35,232 bases of DNA from Octopus bimaculoides (lineage: Eukaryota), in assembly GCF_001194135.2 (NCBI RefSeq), contig NC_068986.1, forward strand, positions 20,970,004-21,005,235, given 5' to 3'. Under the pieces are notes generated by a model that searched no databases, had not been told where the DNA came from, and worked only from the letters and a program-made list of their open reading frames with translations. This document shows, piece after piece, positions 32,358 to 35,232 of the stretch. The number at the start of each line of letters is the position of its first letter. Within the stretch, counting starts at the first letter, position 1. The position numbers and the translations under genes are program-made.

Positions 32358-32544
32358 CAGCGCCGGATTTAGGACAAATGACGCCCTGTGATGGTTAAGT
32401 TACGAGGCCCCTTACTTGGACAGTCATACATATGTGCTCAGGAAATCCATCGTAAAAATTTTTGGGGCAGGAAGATGCCCTCCCCACTGGTCAACGGGGC
32501 CCTGTGCTTTAGCATACCTAAGCACAATAGTAAATCGGGCACTG
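32358..32544. mobile_element. hAT MITE (187 bp)
   Basis: TIRs CAGCGCCGGATTTA / TAAATCGGGCACTG (12/14). TSD CCTGTAAC (32350-32357) / CCTGTCAC (32545-32552). Confidence 0.88.
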
Positions 32545-32914
32545 CCTGTCACCTAGCGAACACTTTGTCACCAACAACGCAAGTATATAACACGTTGTAC
32601 TGAAGTACATGTTACATAGTATCACTCAAAGCGACCTGACACAAGCATGAACAACACACTCACTCACTCACTCACCCAAAGAAATCAGCAGGAAGGTTGC
32701 ATTAAAAAGTAATAATCGAAAATGCCTGAACGCTACATTAACATATTTTAATTTCTAGAGAAGACGCTATGAGGTCAAATGCTAAGGTTAAGAACTGCCC
32801 CAAAGGAAAGTGTCTAGGTTACTGGGTACAATCTCATTATAATAATAAAAAAAAAAAGGCAACAAAAACTGCCGGCATAATTATTTCGTATAACCAACAT
32901 TATATTAACGAATA

Positions 32915-32946
<32 letters not shown>

Positions 32947-33004
32947 AGCTGGTGTGTTGTTCGCATGACTAATAATCATCCTTGTTCTGTTCTCGCCTTC
33001 CTAC

Positions 33005-33735
33005 GAAATGCATGACACACCATCGCCATCACTATTAACAGCAACGCCATTATGGCAATCATAAATGTACCTACTACTACTACTACTGCAGCAGTAGTCG
33101 TCGTCGTCATCAATATCATCATGACCAACGCAATCATCATCATCACCCTCATAATCGTCCTCGCCGTTATCGTCATCATCATCATTACCAACATAACCAT
33201 CATCATCATCATCATCAAAATTTCCACCACAGCCATTATTAGTGTTACCATGATAATCAACAGAAAAGAAGTAACTATCCAAATGTTCTGGTGCCGACTC
33301 ATTGAACTAAAAATTCAAGGCAAGTGCCCCAGCATGGCCGCAGTCTAGTAACTGAAACAAGTAAAAGATAATCCTAATCCTCAGTCATTGCCATTATTAA
33401 CATAATTCTAAATCGAGTCTCTCCCCGCTCCAAAAGAAGGTACCACCATGACCACCATCAATACCATTTCCACTACAACCAACAGGAATACGACGACAAC
33501 GACGACGACGACGACGACCACCACCACCACCACCACCACCAATAATAACAACAATACAAACATCACCTCCATCACCACTCCCACCATCGTAATCAAGAAA
33601 ACTACCTCAGTCACAGCATCACCATCACGATCTTCAAAATCACTGCCCGACACCCCCGTCACTCATCACAACGTCTAACACCCCCAGCCACCAACACCAC
33701 CGTCATAATCATCACCACAGCAACAACTACTTGCA
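33005..33735. repeat. Degenerate trinucleotide repeats (CAT, TAC, GAC, CAC, AAC)
   Basis: Directly visible; gives low-complexity ORFs in several frames on both strands. Confidence 0.9.
33285..33371 (+). mobile_element. SINE family B, 3' tail fragment
   Basis: GTGCCCCAGCATGGCCGCAGTC...ACTGAAACAAGTAAAAGA matches 12940-12985. Confidence 0.75.
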
Positions 33736-34582
33736 TCCTTATTCTTCGTCTTTGACACCAATATACCAAGATCCTCTTCCTGCCCGATCGTAAATAGACA
33801 AAGAACAAAAAAAAAAAAAAACTCCCAAAATACCAAACAAAAACAAAATAAAAAACTAAAAGAGGCAAAAAAAAAAAGGAGAAAAGAAAATGATAAAAAA
33901 AAAGTAACAAAGCAAAAAAAACAACAAAAAATCACAACAGAAAATGTGAGAAAAGTTCGTAGTCGGCAAAGACGCTGATTAATCTTTAATGTATTAGCGT
34001 TTGAGGACATGCACTCAGGAACGCTAGTGTCATATATATATATATATATATATATATNNNNNNNNNNNNNNNNNNNNNNNNNNNNNNNNNNNNNNNNNNN
34101 NNNNNNNNNNNNNNNNNNNNNNNNNNNNNNNNNNNNNNNNNNNNNNNNNNNNNNNNNTATATATATATATGTGTGTGTGTATATATATATGTATATATAT
34201 GTGTGTGGGGGGGGGAGTTGAAAGAGAAAACTGAGGACAGGAGTATCAAATTTTTGTTTCTCTGGTAACCATTGTTCGAAACGGCGCACAAAGCAGAATA
34301 CCTATAGTAAAAACGAAAACTAGAGAGCGGGTTCATAAATTCTTTGATTACGTCATTTTACACGTGTTTCAGTGACTATTATAGCCTAAGTATGTAATCG
34401 AGGACAAGTATGTTTTCTCTACTCTCTATACTTATCTCTTATATGAAGAAAAGTTGGCTTGTATTATACATTCTACACGAATCAATGCTGATGTAAATAC
34501 CTAGGAAAGTTACCTGGCTTGGATGGTTGAAGTCCTCTATAATTTTCAATGAAACAGGTGTAAGCTGACGTAACGAAAGGTA

Positions 34583-34765
34583 GCGAGGGAGAAGGCAAAT
34601 CTATTACATCGACCCCAGTGCTCAACTGGTACTTATTTTATCCAGCTAGGGAGGAGGAAACTAAAGTTGACTTGAGCGGAATTTGAAATCATAACGTAAA
34701 GCCGGGAGAAATGCCGCAAAGCTTAATTGTCCGGCGTGCTAACGATTCCGCTAGCTCACCGCCTT
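34583..34765 (-). mobile_element. SINE family A, diverged
   Basis: TTACATCGACCCCAGTGCTCAACTGGTACTTATTTTATC...GCGGAATTTGAAATC...CCGGCGTGCTAACGATTCCGCTAGCTCACCGCCTT. Confidence 0.8.
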
Positions 34766-34835
34766 TCGTTACGTCTCTCCAGTTAGCAACACACACACTC
34801 ACACACAATATCCATCTTAATTTCTGTCATGAATC

Positions 34836-35097
34836 CTAGAGCTCATAAGGTCGCGGTTTTACCCGGTTTCCATGGCTTATAAATGGCTGAAATTACATCC
34901 CTCACACTTGACTAGTACGCCATTCAGCTCAGGATCAGCTTCCCAACATTTGCTGGAGTGCATTTAGTGCTGAGTTAACTGGAGCAACGTGAAAATGAAG
35001 TGCTTTATTCAAGAATACCCCACCCCACCCGATCCAGAAATCGAAACCACAATCTTCTGATAGTGGCTGGAACATCCTAACCACTAAGCCATGCATC
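34836..35097 (-). mobile_element. SINE with family D head and T2-like tail, diverged
   Basis: Head GCATGGCTTAGTGGTTAGG...GGTTTCGATT and body TTTCACGTTGCTCCAG as at 17091. The end GGAAACCGGGTAAAACCGCGACCTTATGAGCTC matches T2 at 10849-10880. Confidence 0.6.
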
Positions 35098-35101
35098 ATC
35101 A

Positions 35102-35187
35102 TGCACACATACACACACACACATATGTATATATGTCTCTCTATGTGTGTATGTGTGTGTGCATGTATGTGTATGTATGTATGTATG

Positions 35188-35232
<45 letters not shown>
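35102..35232. repeat. (CA)n/(TATG)n/(TA)n microsatellite
   Basis: Directly visible. Confidence 0.95.

Noticed and set aside
33448-33678. Thr-rich mucin-like ORF and overlapping acidic or hydrophobic ORFs at 32976-33348
   Set aside because: Produced by trinucleotide repeats open in several frames on both strands, and interrupted by a SINE fragment.

Overview
AT-rich eukaryotic non-coding DNA from a gapped draft assembly: about 5.4 kb (~15%) is N, in 12 gaps. The repeat repertoire looks like an octopus genome; this is recognition from memory, not a database result. I cannot support any host protein-coding gene, true tRNA/rRNA gene or CRISPR array. Almost all ORF-track entries come from N-runs, microsatellites or SINEs. 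The window is a mosaic of mobile DNA: (1) about 25 copies or fragments of four tRNA-derived SINE heads (labelled A-D here) with apparently interchangeable tails; (2) a ~1 kb non-coding LTR element with ~130-bp LTRs, a tRNA-Ser PBS, a PPT and four internal tandem units (TRIM-like; ~617-1640); (3) three different R4/Dong-like non-LTR retrotransposon 3' ends, co-oriented at (TAA)n tracts (1871-3200); (4) four hAT MITEs with 8-bp TSDs and one GG-ended MITE with an 8-bp TSD; (5) a ~420-bp palindromic Penelope-like insertion with two outward-facing minimal hammerhead ribozyme motifs around a 46-bp hairpin (18819-19241), nested in a segment bounded by ~82-bp inverted repeats; (6) a second ~230-bp palindrome (5182-5411); (7) many microsatellites. 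Boundaries of degenerate SINE copies are approximate (+/-10-20 bp).
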